DNA of 64,000 bases from an uncultured Gammaproteobacteria bacterium (GCA_964523905.1 CAZFYQ010000005.1:10299-74298), one strand, 5' to 3'; positions 37,080 to 45,903 are shown, counted from the first letter of the stretch. Notes: generated by a model not told the origin, from the sequence alone. Program-made: numbers and translations.

Positions 37080-38336
37080 CTAATTTCCTCTTTCAATCTG
37101 GGCCCCTAAACTCTGCAGTTTTTCAACAACTTCATCATAACCGCGTTCAATTAACTCTGCCTGATTGATCACACTCTCGCCTTTAGCTATTAAAGCAGCT
37201 AAAACCAAAGCCATGCCAGCCCGAATATCCGGAGTTTCCAGGTTCCTACCATGTAGCTTAGTTGGGCCGGAAACTAACACCCGATGAATATCTGCCAGGG
37301 TAATCGCAGCTCCCATGGAAATTAATTTATCAACAAAAAACATCCGTGATTCATACATCCAGTCATGACATAAAGTTACACCCTTAGACTGCGTTGCCAA
37401 AACAATAGCCACACTCATTAAATCAGTGGGGAATCCCGGCCACAAATTGGTTACTAGTTTATGGGGAGCTTTTAATCTTTCAGCATCAACCACCACTTTA
37501 TCCCCATCTGGTTTAATGCGCACACCAAATCGCTTTAAAGGTTCTAACACCGGTTCTAGATCGGTGCCATCCAGTCCGGAAATTGTAATCTGACCTCCAG
37601 TGATGGCCGCTGCCACAGCATAAGTCCCTACTTCCACATAGTCCACCCCGATTTTAAATTTAGTACCATTTAGCTTTTTTACTCCTTGAATTTTTAAGCT
37701 GTCAGTACCAATGCCCTCAATTTGAGCCCCCATTTGTTGTAACATCCGACATAAATCAACAATATGCGGTTCTTTGGGGCAATTTTTCAAACTAACAGAT
37801 TTTTCCCCAAGAACTGAGGCTAATATTAAGTTTTCCGTAGCAGTAACTGATGCCTCTGATAAAAAAATGTGGTGTTTACTGGAAGTATTTTCATTAAACT
37901 TTAAAGTATATTTTAGATCTTCTTTTTTTAGCTCTGCTCCTAAGGCCTTAAAGCCTTCTAAATGAGATCCGATACTCCTTTGCCCGATCACATCTCCACC
38001 TGGATGATAAAAACAAACTTTTCCCATTCTGGCTAAAATACTACCGACCAACACCATTGACCCGCGTAGTTTAGTCATTAACTCTTTGGGCAAAGTGGTC
38101 TGGCGAATCGAAGAGGCTTCTATTTTCAAAGTAGTCTTATCCTTGGTTACTTTCACTCCTAGCTTATTAAGGATTTCCAAATAAACCTGGGTATCTTTTA
38201 GATTAGAGATATTTTCCAGAATTACCTCCTCTTCCGTTAGCAAGGCAGCAGAAACACAGGGAAAAACCGAGTTTTTGTTGCCGGACATGATTACTTCTCC
38301 TTTTAACTGATTCCCACCTTTTATTGTATATTTCAT
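37080..38336 (-). CDS. murA: UDP-N-acetylglucosamine 1-carboxyvinyltransferase
   Basis: 418 aa with an EPSP-synthase fold. MKYTIKGGNQLKGEVIMSGNKNS...CPKEPHIVDL matches MurA. Confidence 0.9.
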   Translation of the reverse strand: MKYTIKGGNQLKGEVIMSGNKNSVFPCVSAALLTEEEVILENISNLKDTQVYLEILNKLGVKVTKDKTTLKIEASSIRQTTLPKELMTKLRGSMVLVGSILARMGKVCFYHPGGDVIGQRSIGSHLEGFKALGAELKKEDLKYTLKFNENTSSKHHIFLSEASVTATENLILASVLGEKSVSLKNCPKEPHIVDLCRMLQQMGAQIEGIGTDSLKIQGVKKLNGTKFKIGVDYVEVGTYAVAAAITGGQITISGLDGTDLEPVLEPLKRFGVRIKPDGDKVVVDAERLKAPHKLVTNLWPGFPTDLMSVAIVLATQSKGVTLCHDWMYESRMFFVDKLISMGAAITLADIHRVLVSGPTKLHGRNLETPDIRAGMALVLAALIAKGESVINQAELIERGYDEVVEKLQSLGAQIERGN

Positions 38337-38935
38337 TACTGTTTTGCTTTAACCCGAAAAACTGCTGATAAAACAATGTGTTTTTTCGGATTTAGGCCGT
38401 CAGCATCAATTTCTTCAATTTCTGAGGCCTGATCCAATACTTTAATACTTTTTGCCCTTGATTGCAAAAATTTTGATAAAAAAAGATTCCCCCCAATGCT
38501 ACCCGGGATTCCAATAAACTCTGCTGTTGATAATCCTGTTACATCAAGATATTCACAGAATTTGCCAATACTAACTCCGGATTCTACCTCTACCATGGCC
38601 TCTTCTACTCCGATGCCAAACTTTGACACTTTACCCTTGACTGAGACTGTTTTAATATTTTTAGTACGGTTTTTAATCACCAATCCTTTAAATCCAAAAT
38701 CAGAGATTAAAATTTTACTGCCAGTGCCAAAAACAAAAATTGGCAAATTTAATTCCCTAGACATGGTTATAATTTTTACCAGTTCTGAGGTAGTAAAACT
38801 AATAAAAAATAAATCCGCCGGCCCCCCGGCTCTTAAAGCTGTATACTCTTTTAAAGGCTCGTTAAATTTAAACCGATCCTTCCCGAAATAATCAACTATC
38901 AATTTGTATTTGTTATCCACGCCCCACCCTCTCAA
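38336..38935 (-). CDS. murB: UDP-N-acetylmuramate dehydrogenase (MurB)-like, unusually short (199 aa)
   Basis: FAD-binding domain motifs YTALRAGGPADLFF, LPIFVFGTGSKILISD and GIPGSIGGN. The ORF then ends after a MurB-like C-terminal tail (IVLSAVFRVK) with no central substrate-binding domain. Confidence 0.55.
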   Translation of the reverse strand: MRGWGVDNKYKLIVDYFGKDRFKFNEPLKEYTALRAGGPADLFFISFTTSELVKIITMSRELNLPIFVFGTGSKILISDFGFKGLVIKNRTKNIKTVSVKGKVSKFGIGVEEAMVEVESGVSIGKFCEYLDVTGLSTAEFIGIPGSIGGNLFLSKFLQSRAKSIKVLDQASEIEEIDADGLNPKKHIVLSAVFRVKAKQ

Positions 38936-40109
38936 TTACCTCCTTATCCGACCAGGGAATTTCCTTTTTCCCATCCAAATTCATAGATTTTTCATGCCCC
39001 TTACCAAATACACCCACAATATCACCTTTTTTTGCCAATTTATTGATGGCCAGATCAATTGCCCCTTCCCTGTCTTCAATCACAAAGAAATTAATTCCAT
39101 CTTTGGCTCCGGCTTTTTTAGCTCCTTGGGTGATTTGTTGGTTAATTTCTTTGATCTGACCACGCGGATCCACAGCGGTTACTATTACGACATTAGCCAG
39201 CTTCATCGCAATTTCCCCCATCGGGATTCTTTTTCCCGGATCTCTGTCTCCTTCAGCACCAATAATGGCAATCACTCTACCGGAAGTCTGAGTACGCAGT
39301 GTTTTTAAAGCATTTTCCAAAGCATTGGGAGTATGAGCAAAATCCACTATTACTTTAACTCCTTTTTTGGCTTTTACTTCTTCCATCCGGCCGGTTAAAC
39401 CACTAAAGTTTTCCAAAGCTTTTTGGGCAATCTGACGATTTATTCCTAATACAAAACTAACTGCCATGGTGGCCAAAGCATTTTCCAAATTATAATCTCC
39501 GGAAATTTTTAGGTTTAATTTCAAATCTTTTTGATTAAAATCTCCTTTATCTAAACTAAAAGTAATGATTTTTCCCTTAATTTGGGCAATTTCTTTAATA
39601 GAATAATTGACTACCGCAGTTTTAGCATTTTCCGTAAGTTTCAATTTGGTTTTAACATAATTTTCAAAGGTTTTATGATAATCCAAGTGTTCTTGAGTAA
39701 TATTAGTAATTACCCCCACTTCGAACTTAATTCCGGCAAAACGGTGTTGGTCCAATCCATGAGAAGTCACTTCCAAAACCATATATTCATCACCATTTTT
39801 CACTGCAGCATTTAGAAACTGCTGGATCATAAACGGGCTGGGTGAAGTCACATGAAACCCGGTGTCATATTCTTTTCCGGCAATTACAGCATTAATCGTA
39901 GACACCATTGACACCTTTTTCCCAGCCGCCTTAAGCACTTGGTAAATCATGTTGGTCGTAGTAGTCTTACCATCAGTGCCAGTAACCCCAATAATCTTGA
40001 TCTTACTAGCTGGGCTCCCATATCGCAGATTAGCAATTGCAGCCTTAGGCCGATGATACAAATCATTAATAACCTCCTGAGACAAAAACGAACGTATTGT
40101 TTTCTTCAT
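38913..40109 (-). CDS. Mur ligase family protein (MurE-like), short form
   Basis: IIGVTGTDGKTTTTNMI P-loop, VLEVTSHGL and NITQEHLDYH motifs. It is 398 aa and follows ftsI in dcw order. Confidence 0.6.
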   Translation of the reverse strand: MKKTIRSFLSQEVINDLYHRPKAAIANLRYGSPASKIKIIGVTGTDGKTTTTNMIYQVLKAAGKKVSMVSTINAVIAGKEYDTGFHVTSPSPFMIQQFLNAAVKNGDEYMVLEVTSHGLDQHRFAGIKFEVGVITNITQEHLDYHKTFENYVKTKLKLTENAKTAVVNYSIKEIAQIKGKIITFSLDKGDFNQKDLKLNLKISGDYNLENALATMAVSFVLGINRQIAQKALENFSGLTGRMEEVKAKKGVKVIVDFAHTPNALENALKTLRTQTSGRVIAIIGAEGDRDPGKRIPMGEIAMKLANVVIVTAVDPRGQIKEINQQITQGAKKAGAKDGINFFVIEDREGAIDLAINKLAKKGDIVGVFGKGHEKSMNLDGKKEIPWSDKEVIERVGRG

Positions 40110-40171
40110 TGAAGCTAAATTATATCAGAATCTATTGTTTTAATCTGCATCGTGTGAAATAATTTTATTGA

Positions 40172-40762
40172 ATGAAAAATACTGAAAGATTGATAGAGAT
40201 ATTAGGCCTGATTGGTATTCCACTACTGGGATCGACGTTACTAATAAATCTCCTTGCTCTTAATATCGCTCCATATGTAGGCTTATCAATCCTTTTTGGG
40301 ATCAGTACAATTATTAAAACAAAGAAATGGTCAACATATACAAAATTACTTGTAATAATCTTGGCACTATTTATATTCAATATAACCCCCTATTTCCGAC
40401 CAGGGGACTATACAATCTTTGCTGGTGGGGCTGTGCTATTTGGATGCATCAATCAGTCTCCTAACTCTTTAGGATTAGGATGGCCAGCAGCATATGTAAA
40501 ATATTCACTTGAAAGAGGAACCATTTTAGTTGGTTCATCTAGTCTTAAATCTAACTGTGAATATAAAAAAATTGATACAGGGACATTTTTTCCACAAAAT
40601 CCCCAATGGTTAATTTTTGATGTTCTTTTCTCACTTTCATGGTTACCTTTATTCTATAGTATTTTTAAAGGGGGTTCTAACACCAAACTTATTTACTTTC
40701 TGTTAAGTCCTTTGTTTATAATTGTTTTAATAAAAACAATATTCCTCTTCCATATATTATAA
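40172..40762 (+). CDS. hypothetical polytopic membrane protein
   Basis: 196 aa with about 5 TM helices. It is on the opposite strand inside the dcw cluster. Confidence 0.4.
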   Translation: MKNTERLIEILGLIGIPLLGSTLLINLLALNIAPYVGLSILFGISTIIKTKKWSTYTKLLVIILALFIFNITPYFRPGDYTIFAGGAVLFGCINQSPNSLGLGWPAAYVKYSLERGTILVGSSSLKSNCEYKKIDTGTFFPQNPQWLIFDVLFSLSWLPLFYSIFKGGSNTKLIYFLLSPLFIIVLIKTIFLFHIL

Positions 40763-40793
40763 TTTTCGCGCCAATAAGTGGCTAACCTAATAA

Positions 40794-40835
40794 TTTATTC
40801 TGTGGGGGCGATTTTGTAGTAGTTAAATAGTTGTC
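40794..40835 (+). repeat. 42-nt direct repeat copy 1: duplicate of the ftsI 3' terminus (copy 2 at 42574-42615 is the actual ftsI 3' end)
   Basis: tttattctgtgggggcgattttgtagtagttaaatagttgtc versus tttattctgtgggggcgattttgtagtagttaaataattgtc, 41/42 identical. Copy 2 encodes ...QLFNYYKIAPTE* on the minus strand. Confidence 0.75.
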
Positions 40836-40876
40836 AGCTTCCAACCCCAGGGGTTGAATACGTTCAAACCTCAGGA
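40836..40876 (+). repeat. REP-like 41-nt element, copy C, 20 nt downstream of the transposase stop
   Basis: agcttccaaccccaggggttgaatacgttcaaacctcagga. Confidence 0.65.
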
Positions 40877-40895
40877 AATAAGCCTAAAAGAATTC

Positions 40896-41567
40896 TTAAA
40901 TCAAATGCCTGATTTGCGCTAAAGTTCTCTGGTATTCAGCCTGATCGAAAACAAACTCCTTATATTTATCCTCGTTTCCTATTAAACCTAAGATTAAATC
41001 ACTATTAATGAACTGGTAAACTCCTGAGCTCTTTTTTATGTAGTTTTTATATGAAGACCAAATATAATCTTCTAAACTATCTATCTTTACAAGGTAGTCG
41101 GTGGATGGATTCAAATGTATATACCTACTAACATGTAGCAGTTGTTCATCCGTAACAATTCTGACTCCCTTAAACATTGGTTGAAATAATGGGCCGCTCC
41201 TTTCAGATTTAATATTGAAATATTTGGCATATCCATTTTGTAAATTACTGATAAATTTAGCTATACCCTTTTCACTTATTTGTTTTAGGAGAAAATGAAA
41301 ATGATTATTCATTAAGCAGAAAGCCAAAATTTTTATATGAATATCACCTTCCTTCTGTAGACCAGCAAAAATCTTTTCCCTATCCTCTCTGGGAATTTTT
41401 TTAAAATGCGAAAAACTAACCGGGGTATTTTGAAAACGATAATAATCTATTAACTCAATAAAGCGTTGGAAATCTCTTGGTGTCGAAAAAATGGGTAAAC
41501 GAGCAACTCCTCTATTAAATACATGATAAATTTGATCCTGAGCTAGCGGTGTGCTCCTGTAAGGCAT
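40896..41567 (-). CDS. IS200/IS605-like Y1 (HUH) transposase, RAYT/COG1943-like
   Basis: N-terminal YHVFNRGVARLPIFSTPRDFQRFIELI, HUH motif NNHFHFLL and catalytic-Tyr region SRYIHLNPS (RAYT Y-I-H-x-N-P). Start chosen at the ATG at 41565-41567; the ORF track extends to 41690 through REP-related sequence. Confidence 0.65.
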   Translation of the reverse strand: MPYRSTPLAQDQIYHVFNRGVARLPIFSTPRDFQRFIELIDYYRFQNTPVSFSHFKKIPREDREKIFAGLQKEGDIHIKILAFCLMNNHFHFLLKQISEKGIAKFISNLQNGYAKYFNIKSERSGPLFQPMFKGVRIVTDEQLLHVSRYIHLNPSTDYLVKIDSLEDYIWSSYKNYIKKSSGVYQFINSDLILGLIGNEDKYKEFVFDQAEYQRTLAQIRHLI

Positions 41568-41588
41568 TAATTCAATCTTATCCTTAGG

Positions 41589-41621
41589 TTGGAAGCTAGT
41601 CAACACCGGGTGTTGGAAGCC
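41589..41621 (-). repeat. inverted partial REP copies in the transposase 5' flank
   Basis: ttggaagct (41589-41597) and caacaccgggtgttggaagcc (41601-41621) are the reverse complement of the REP 5' half (agcttccaaccccgggtgttg) with 3 changes. They are inverted relative to copy C. Confidence 0.5.
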
Positions 41622-41679
41622 AAAATAATTCTCTGTAATTTGTAAGATTATAGGTTTTTGAGTATAATTTGCCCTTAAT

Positions 41680-42573
41680 ATGATTGACAATTTAGCAGAC
41701 CTTCCAAGAACTGAAAGAGACGGTATCTTTATTGATTACACAATCAGTGATCAAAAAGTAGTAACTCTAGTAAGAAGCTCTATAAATGAAACCGTTATGC
41801 ACGGGTATAACCAACTCCGAGATTGGGAACCTGAAGATAGAATAGAATCAAATTGTCCTTTATATCGTGTAGTAAATGCAGAGCAATCAACAGGTAGTTT
41901 AGACCAAATGATCCGCGTTGGTACGGAATCACAGAGAATTGCACTAGCTGTCTTAGAATCTTATGGACTTAATTTAGATTCACCTGATAATCTAAGCGAT
42001 TACAATGAGGCCAGAGGTCGAGAAAAATTGACTTTTCGCTCTCAATTAGTTGTGGGATTATCTTTTACTCGTCTAGCATTCTACGAAAATCACCCACCAA
42101 CTGCAAAATATGCAGAATGGATGGCTAATTTCTGGGTGCCATTGAGCGACACTGAAACTAAGAAGAGCACCGACGAAAAAGCATATCAAACTCTGCACCA
42201 GATTGCCTCCATTGTTCCTCCTGAGCTAATACAAATGGCTAATGAAGCTGATTTAGCTTTACCTGAAGGACTTCTTAAACATAGGTTCGGTCCTGATTTA
42301 AGCAATGACGAAAGAATTCAATTTGCCAAGTTCCTTTTTGATAGATATCTTTGGTGGGAAGACTCTAGAGGCTCTAGTGAAAGAAAAAGAATTTTTATCA
42401 AAGAAATAGGTATTCCAGCAGCAATAACCGGTAATATCCCCCAAGATCGAAAAAAAGATGAATTAATCAGCAGATTTGGTGGACTAATTGAGGTAGCAAA
42501 AATGTTTAATACACATTTTATTATATTTAGAGAGCGTCACGGATATTCTGTTTCTGAGAATATTTCTACCTAA
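41680..42573 (+). CDS. hypothetical protein (cargo of the transposase island)
   Basis: 297-aa ORF divergent from the transposase. Its stop is 1 nt from the ftsI stop on the opposite strand. No recognisable family. Confidence 0.5.
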   Translation: MIDNLADLPRTERDGIFIDYTISDQKVVTLVRSSINETVMHGYNQLRDWEPEDRIESNCPLYRVVNAEQSTGSLDQMIRVGTESQRIALAVLESYGLNLDSPDNLSDYNEARGREKLTFRSQLVVGLSFTRLAFYENHPPTAKYAEWMANFWVPLSDTETKKSTDEKAYQTLHQIASIVPPELIQMANEADLALPEGLLKHRFGPDLSNDERIQFAKFLFDRYLWWEDSRGSSERKRIFIKEIGIPAAITGNIPQDRKKDELISRFGGLIEVAKMFNTHFIIFRERHGYSVSENIST

Positions 42574-42574
42574 T

Positions 42575-44284
42575 TTATTCTGTGGGGGCGATTTTGTAGT
42601 AGTTAAATAATTGTCTGGCGATTTCAAAGAAGGTTGGAGCGGCTGTGTCAGCTCCAAAGATTGAGGCTGTGGGCTGATCATAGCGAACTAGGATGACAAA
42701 TTTCGGATCATCAGCCGGGGCAAATCCCACAAATGAGGCAATGGTTTTAGTGGGATCATAATGGCCAGCCACTGGAATTTGCGCAGTCCCAGTTTTTCCG
42801 GCAATCTTAAAGTTTCCTACTCCACCATGTGTTTTATACCAACTAGCTTCTCCCTTATCAACTGCTTGCACCATCATTTCTGTGACCACTTTGGCAGTGT
42901 CTGGAGTGACCACTGAGCGGATTACCTTGGGTTTAATTACAAAAGTACTACCATCGCCTTTGATTTCTTTAACAATATGCGGCTCCATTAAATTACCGCC
43001 ATTGGCAAGCGTGGATATCGCGGTAACCATTTGGATCGGAGTAACGGCAATTCCCTGGCCAAAAGTAGCAGTGGCTAAGTCAATTTCATGCCAATCTGCT
43101 TTGGGTCGAATACTGGTATCAGCCCCGTCTTGCAAATCAATATTAGAGGGTTGGCCAAAACCATAATTTTGAATATAACTATATAATTTATCCACACCCA
43201 GTTTTTTGCCGGTAAACACCATTCCGGTGTTATCCGAATGAATAATTACATCAGTCATCGTAGTATCTGGGAAATATTTATTATCCCAGGTTCGGATATC
43301 ATAATCAGCCACACGGACCGGTCCGGCACAATTATCACAAATAGTATCTGGAGTGACTAATTTCTCATTTAATGCCGCCGCCATCACCAGTACCTTAAAA
43401 GTAGAACCAGGCTCATAAGTATCTGCAACTACAGAATCTTTAAAATATTCTTTGGGATATTCAGTATAATTTCCAGGATCATAGTTAGGATAGGCTGCCA
43501 AAGCCAAAACTGCCCCGGTTTTAGGATTCATTACCACAGCTGAGGCTGATTTTGCTCCATATTTTTCAATACCAGCTTTTAAATTCTGCTCAACAATAAA
43601 CTGCACAGAGCGGTCAATATTAAGCTGTAAATCTTTTCCGTTTTTAGCATCGTTACTTAAGAAATTGCCAATTAAAATCGGTAACCCAGAGGCATCAATC
43701 TCATGCCTAAGCAGTCCCGAGCTGCCCTTAAGCTCGCCGTCATAGTACCCTTCCACTCCAAAATAACCCTTGCTTACGCTTTTGGCATCTGCCCCGACAA
43801 ACCCTAATATATGAGCTGAAGAAGATCCTTCCGGATAAAATCTACTGCTGCCTTGTTCAAAACCAATGCCTGGCAGTTTTAGAACTTCAATGGCTTTTTT
43901 CTGATCCGGAGTAATTTGTCTCATCAATACCACCCAGAATAGATCTTGAGACAATTTATTAATTAAGTCCTTGGCGAGACTATCCTGATCCTGATCCGCA
44001 GTAGCCAGTAGTTTAGCCAAAGCATAACCGGTATTAACGGTTTGTGCTTTAGTTAATACTTTTGGCTGGCCAAAAAGTAAATAGGAGGGGTTGGAAGATG
44101 CCAAAATAGAACCATCACTAAAATAAATCCGGCCTCTTAAAGCCTCTACTTTGGTGTCCGAAAAATGTTGCCCTTCGGCCTGAACCTGCAAAAAATCAGC
44201 ATTAACAATTTGCCAAAAATATAATCTGGCTAATATAGCAAGAAAAAAGACTAGAAAAAACGCTTTAATCCAAAATATCCGCAT
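42575..44284 (-). CDS. ftsI: peptidoglycan D,D-transpeptidase FtsI / PBP2-like class B penicillin-binding protein
   Basis: SxxK (GSTFKVLVMAAAL), SxN (HSDNTG) and KTG (AGKTGTAQ) motifs, plus an N-terminal TM anchor. Confidence 0.9.
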   Translation of the reverse strand: MRIFWIKAFFLVFFLAILARLYFWQIVNADFLQVQAEGQHFSDTKVEALRGRIYFSDGSILASSNPSYLLFGQPKVLTKAQTVNTGYALAKLLATADQDQDSLAKDLINKLSQDLFWVVLMRQITPDQKKAIEVLKLPGIGFEQGSSRFYPEGSSSAHILGFVGADAKSVSKGYFGVEGYYDGELKGSSGLLRHEIDASGLPILIGNFLSNDAKNGKDLQLNIDRSVQFIVEQNLKAGIEKYGAKSASAVVMNPKTGAVLALAAYPNYDPGNYTEYPKEYFKDSVVADTYEPGSTFKVLVMAAALNEKLVTPDTICDNCAGPVRVADYDIRTWDNKYFPDTTMTDVIIHSDNTGMVFTGKKLGVDKLYSYIQNYGFGQPSNIDLQDGADTSIRPKADWHEIDLATATFGQGIAVTPIQMVTAISTLANGGNLMEPHIVKEIKGDGSTFVIKPKVIRSVVTPDTAKVVTEMMVQAVDKGEASWYKTHGGVGNFKIAGKTGTAQIPVAGHYDPTKTIASFVGFAPADDPKFVILVRYDQPTASIFGADTAAPTFFEIARQLFNYYKIAPTE

Positions 44285-44288
44285 TAGC

Positions 44289-44585
44289 TTAGCGAATATA
44301 TTCTATACTTAAGTTACTGGAAAAACCAAGTTCTGCCGACTTTGAGGAGATGTTGCTTAATGATGCTTGTCTGGCGATTTCATTTTCCAGAATTTGATTT
44401 TGGGTTAATAAATTGGCTTGCAAGCTTTCCAGTTGATCAAACTTTGCTCCATACATTATTACCGCATTACTAACCCAGATTTGGGTCAGAGCCAGCACAA
44501 ACAAAATTGCTACGATTAATACTAAATATTTCCTCGGAGAGCTGTTCCTTGGTTCTTCTGGTTCAAATTTTTTGATGATAGTCAT
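44289..44585 (-). CDS. ftsL: cell division protein FtsL-like (bitopic, coiled coil)
   Basis: 98 aa with one TM helix then a coiled-coil-like region. It sits between rsmH and ftsI. Confidence 0.55.
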   Translation of the reverse strand: MTIIKKFEPEEPRNSSPRKYLVLIVAILFVLALTQIWVSNAVIMYGAKFDQLESLQANLLTQNQILENEIARQASLSNISSKSAELGFSSNLSIEYIR

Positions 44586-45556
44586 AGTATTTTAAATATC
44601 CGCATTTTGGCTGAACGCGACCTGGGGTTTTGCCTTATTTCATCCTCTGATGGAATAATTGGTTTTTTAGTTACCACTTCCCCAATCCCTTGTTCTTGCC
44701 AGTCTCTAAAAGTATTTTTAACGATCCGGTCCTCAAGTGAATGAAAACTAATGATAATAACATGACCATTTTTAAATATTTTCTCCTTTACCTGCTCTAA
44801 ACCATCTATTAACGCACCTAACTCATCATTTACTGCTATCCGCAAGGCCTGAAAAGCCTTCGTTGCTGGATGTATTCTCCCTTGACGCTCTCCAGCTTTT
44901 CTATAAACTTCCTCTATCAACTCCACTAAATCTCTTGTACTTTGTATTACTGTCCCCTGTTGCCTGTTACCTGTACCCTTTCCTATTTCACGGGAGCTGA
45001 CCAAAGCGTCAGCCAAACGTTTAGAATATTTTTCTTCACCCAGTTTTGAAAATAATTCATATAACTCCTTTCTATCTAATACATTAATTAAATCTAGAGC
45101 CGAAACTCCCAGTGTCGGATCCATTCTCATATCAAGTGGGCCATCTTTTGCGAAAGAAAAACCCCGGTTCGGGGTTAGTAGTTGCAAACTAGAAACCCCT
45201 AAATCAAAAATAGCTCCGCTAAACTTTTGATCCGCAATTTCCGTCTGCAATATTAAATTTTTTAAATCTCTAAAATTACCTTGTACTAATTTGTAATCCT
45301 GTTCCCTAATGCCTGTGGCCTGTAACCTTGCCTTGGTTCTATCCAGTGCCTCTGGATCCACATCCAATCCCAAAACTTTACCCCCCAGCTGCAAAATCTC
45401 TAAGGTGTACCCCCCGTCACCAAGTGTTGCATCCAGATACCATTTATCAGGAGCAACACTTAAGTGCTGCATTACCTCTTTACGAAGAACGCTAGTATGA
45501 TACCCTTCCATTATTTGAGCAGTTCCTGTTGCCTGATCCACGATTTCTGATCCCAA
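44582..45556 (-). CDS. rsmH: 16S rRNA (cytosine1402-N4)-methyltransferase RsmH (MraW)
   Basis: YHTSVLRKEV...DATLGDGGYTLEIL...FDLGVSSLQL...ISFHSLEDRIVK are RsmH hallmarks. An alternative start at 45511 would overlap the mraZ stop by 1 nt. Confidence 0.9.
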   Translation of the reverse strand: MGSEIVDQATGTAQIMEGYHTSVLRKEVMQHLSVAPDKWYLDATLGDGGYTLEILQLGGKVLGLDVDPEALDRTKARLQATGIREQDYKLVQGNFRDLKNLILQTEIADQKFSGAIFDLGVSSLQLLTPNRGFSFAKDGPLDMRMDPTLGVSALDLINVLDRKELYELFSKLGEEKYSKRLADALVSSREIGKGTGNRQQGTVIQSTRDLVELIEEVYRKAGERQGRIHPATKAFQALRIAVNDELGALIDGLEQVKEKIFKNGHVIIISFHSLEDRIVKNTFRDWQEQGIGEVVTKKPIIPSEDEIRQNPRSRSAKMRIFKIL

Positions 45557-45903
45557 ACCTCAAAATGATCTCCTGCTCCAATAATTTGTACTTTTTCACT
45601 AAAGTTTAAATTATCCATAAACTCTTGCGGCAAAATAAATCTTCCCTGGCTATCTAAACTACACTCCTCAGCTTTGGGAAAAAGTTTTAACCTTTTTCTT
45701 CTGCCTTCCTCTGTGGAAAGCGCTGACTGCAATATATCTTCTGCTAATTTATGCCAATTTATTGTGTCAAATCCCCAAATCTCTCCATTTCCCCCCAAAA
45801 GTATATAAAACTTATCCTCATTTCCCAATTCTTTCCTAAATCTCTTAGGTAAAATTAGCCTATTCTTGCCACTAAAGTCGGTTGTATAACTGCCCAAAAA
45901 CAT
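45511..45903 (-). CDS. mraZ: transcriptional regulator MraZ
   Basis: MFLGSYTTDFSGKNRLILPKRFRKELG... shows a duplicated MraZ/SpoVT-AbrB fold. It is the first gene of the dcw operon. Confidence 0.9.
   Translation of the reverse strand: MFLGSYTTDFSGKNRLILPKRFRKELGNEDKFYILLGGNGEIWGFDTINWHKLAEDILQSALSTEEGRRKRLKLFPKAEECSLDSQGRFILPQEFMDNLNFSEKVQIIGAGDHFEVWDQKSWIRQQELLK

Larger units (their letters stand above)
40794..42615. mobile_element. putative insertion island (REP + RAYT-like transposase + 297-aa cargo ORF) bounded by a 42-nt direct duplication of the ftsI 3' end
   Basis: The direct repeats (see feature above) flank 1.74 kb holding a HUH transposase gene, REP-like sequences on both sides of it, and a divergent unknown ORF. 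Confidence 0.55.

Noticed and set aside
38496-39308. Plus-strand ORFs 38496-38891 and 38904-39308
   Set aside because: They are antisense to the murB-like and murE-like genes. Their proline- and serine-rich composition is typical of antisense frames in AT-rich coding sequence.
40165-40380. 71-aa minus-strand ORF
   Set aside because: It overlaps the start of the 196-aa plus-strand membrane protein ORF and the murE-like upstream region, and it has no support.
41568-41690. N-terminal 41-aa extension of the transposase ORF (start at 41690)
   Set aside because: The extension is translated from the inverted partial REP copies (41589-41621). The conserved Y1-transposase N-terminal block (YHVFNRG...) begins right after the internal Met at 41567, so the shorter ORF is preferred, though not certain.
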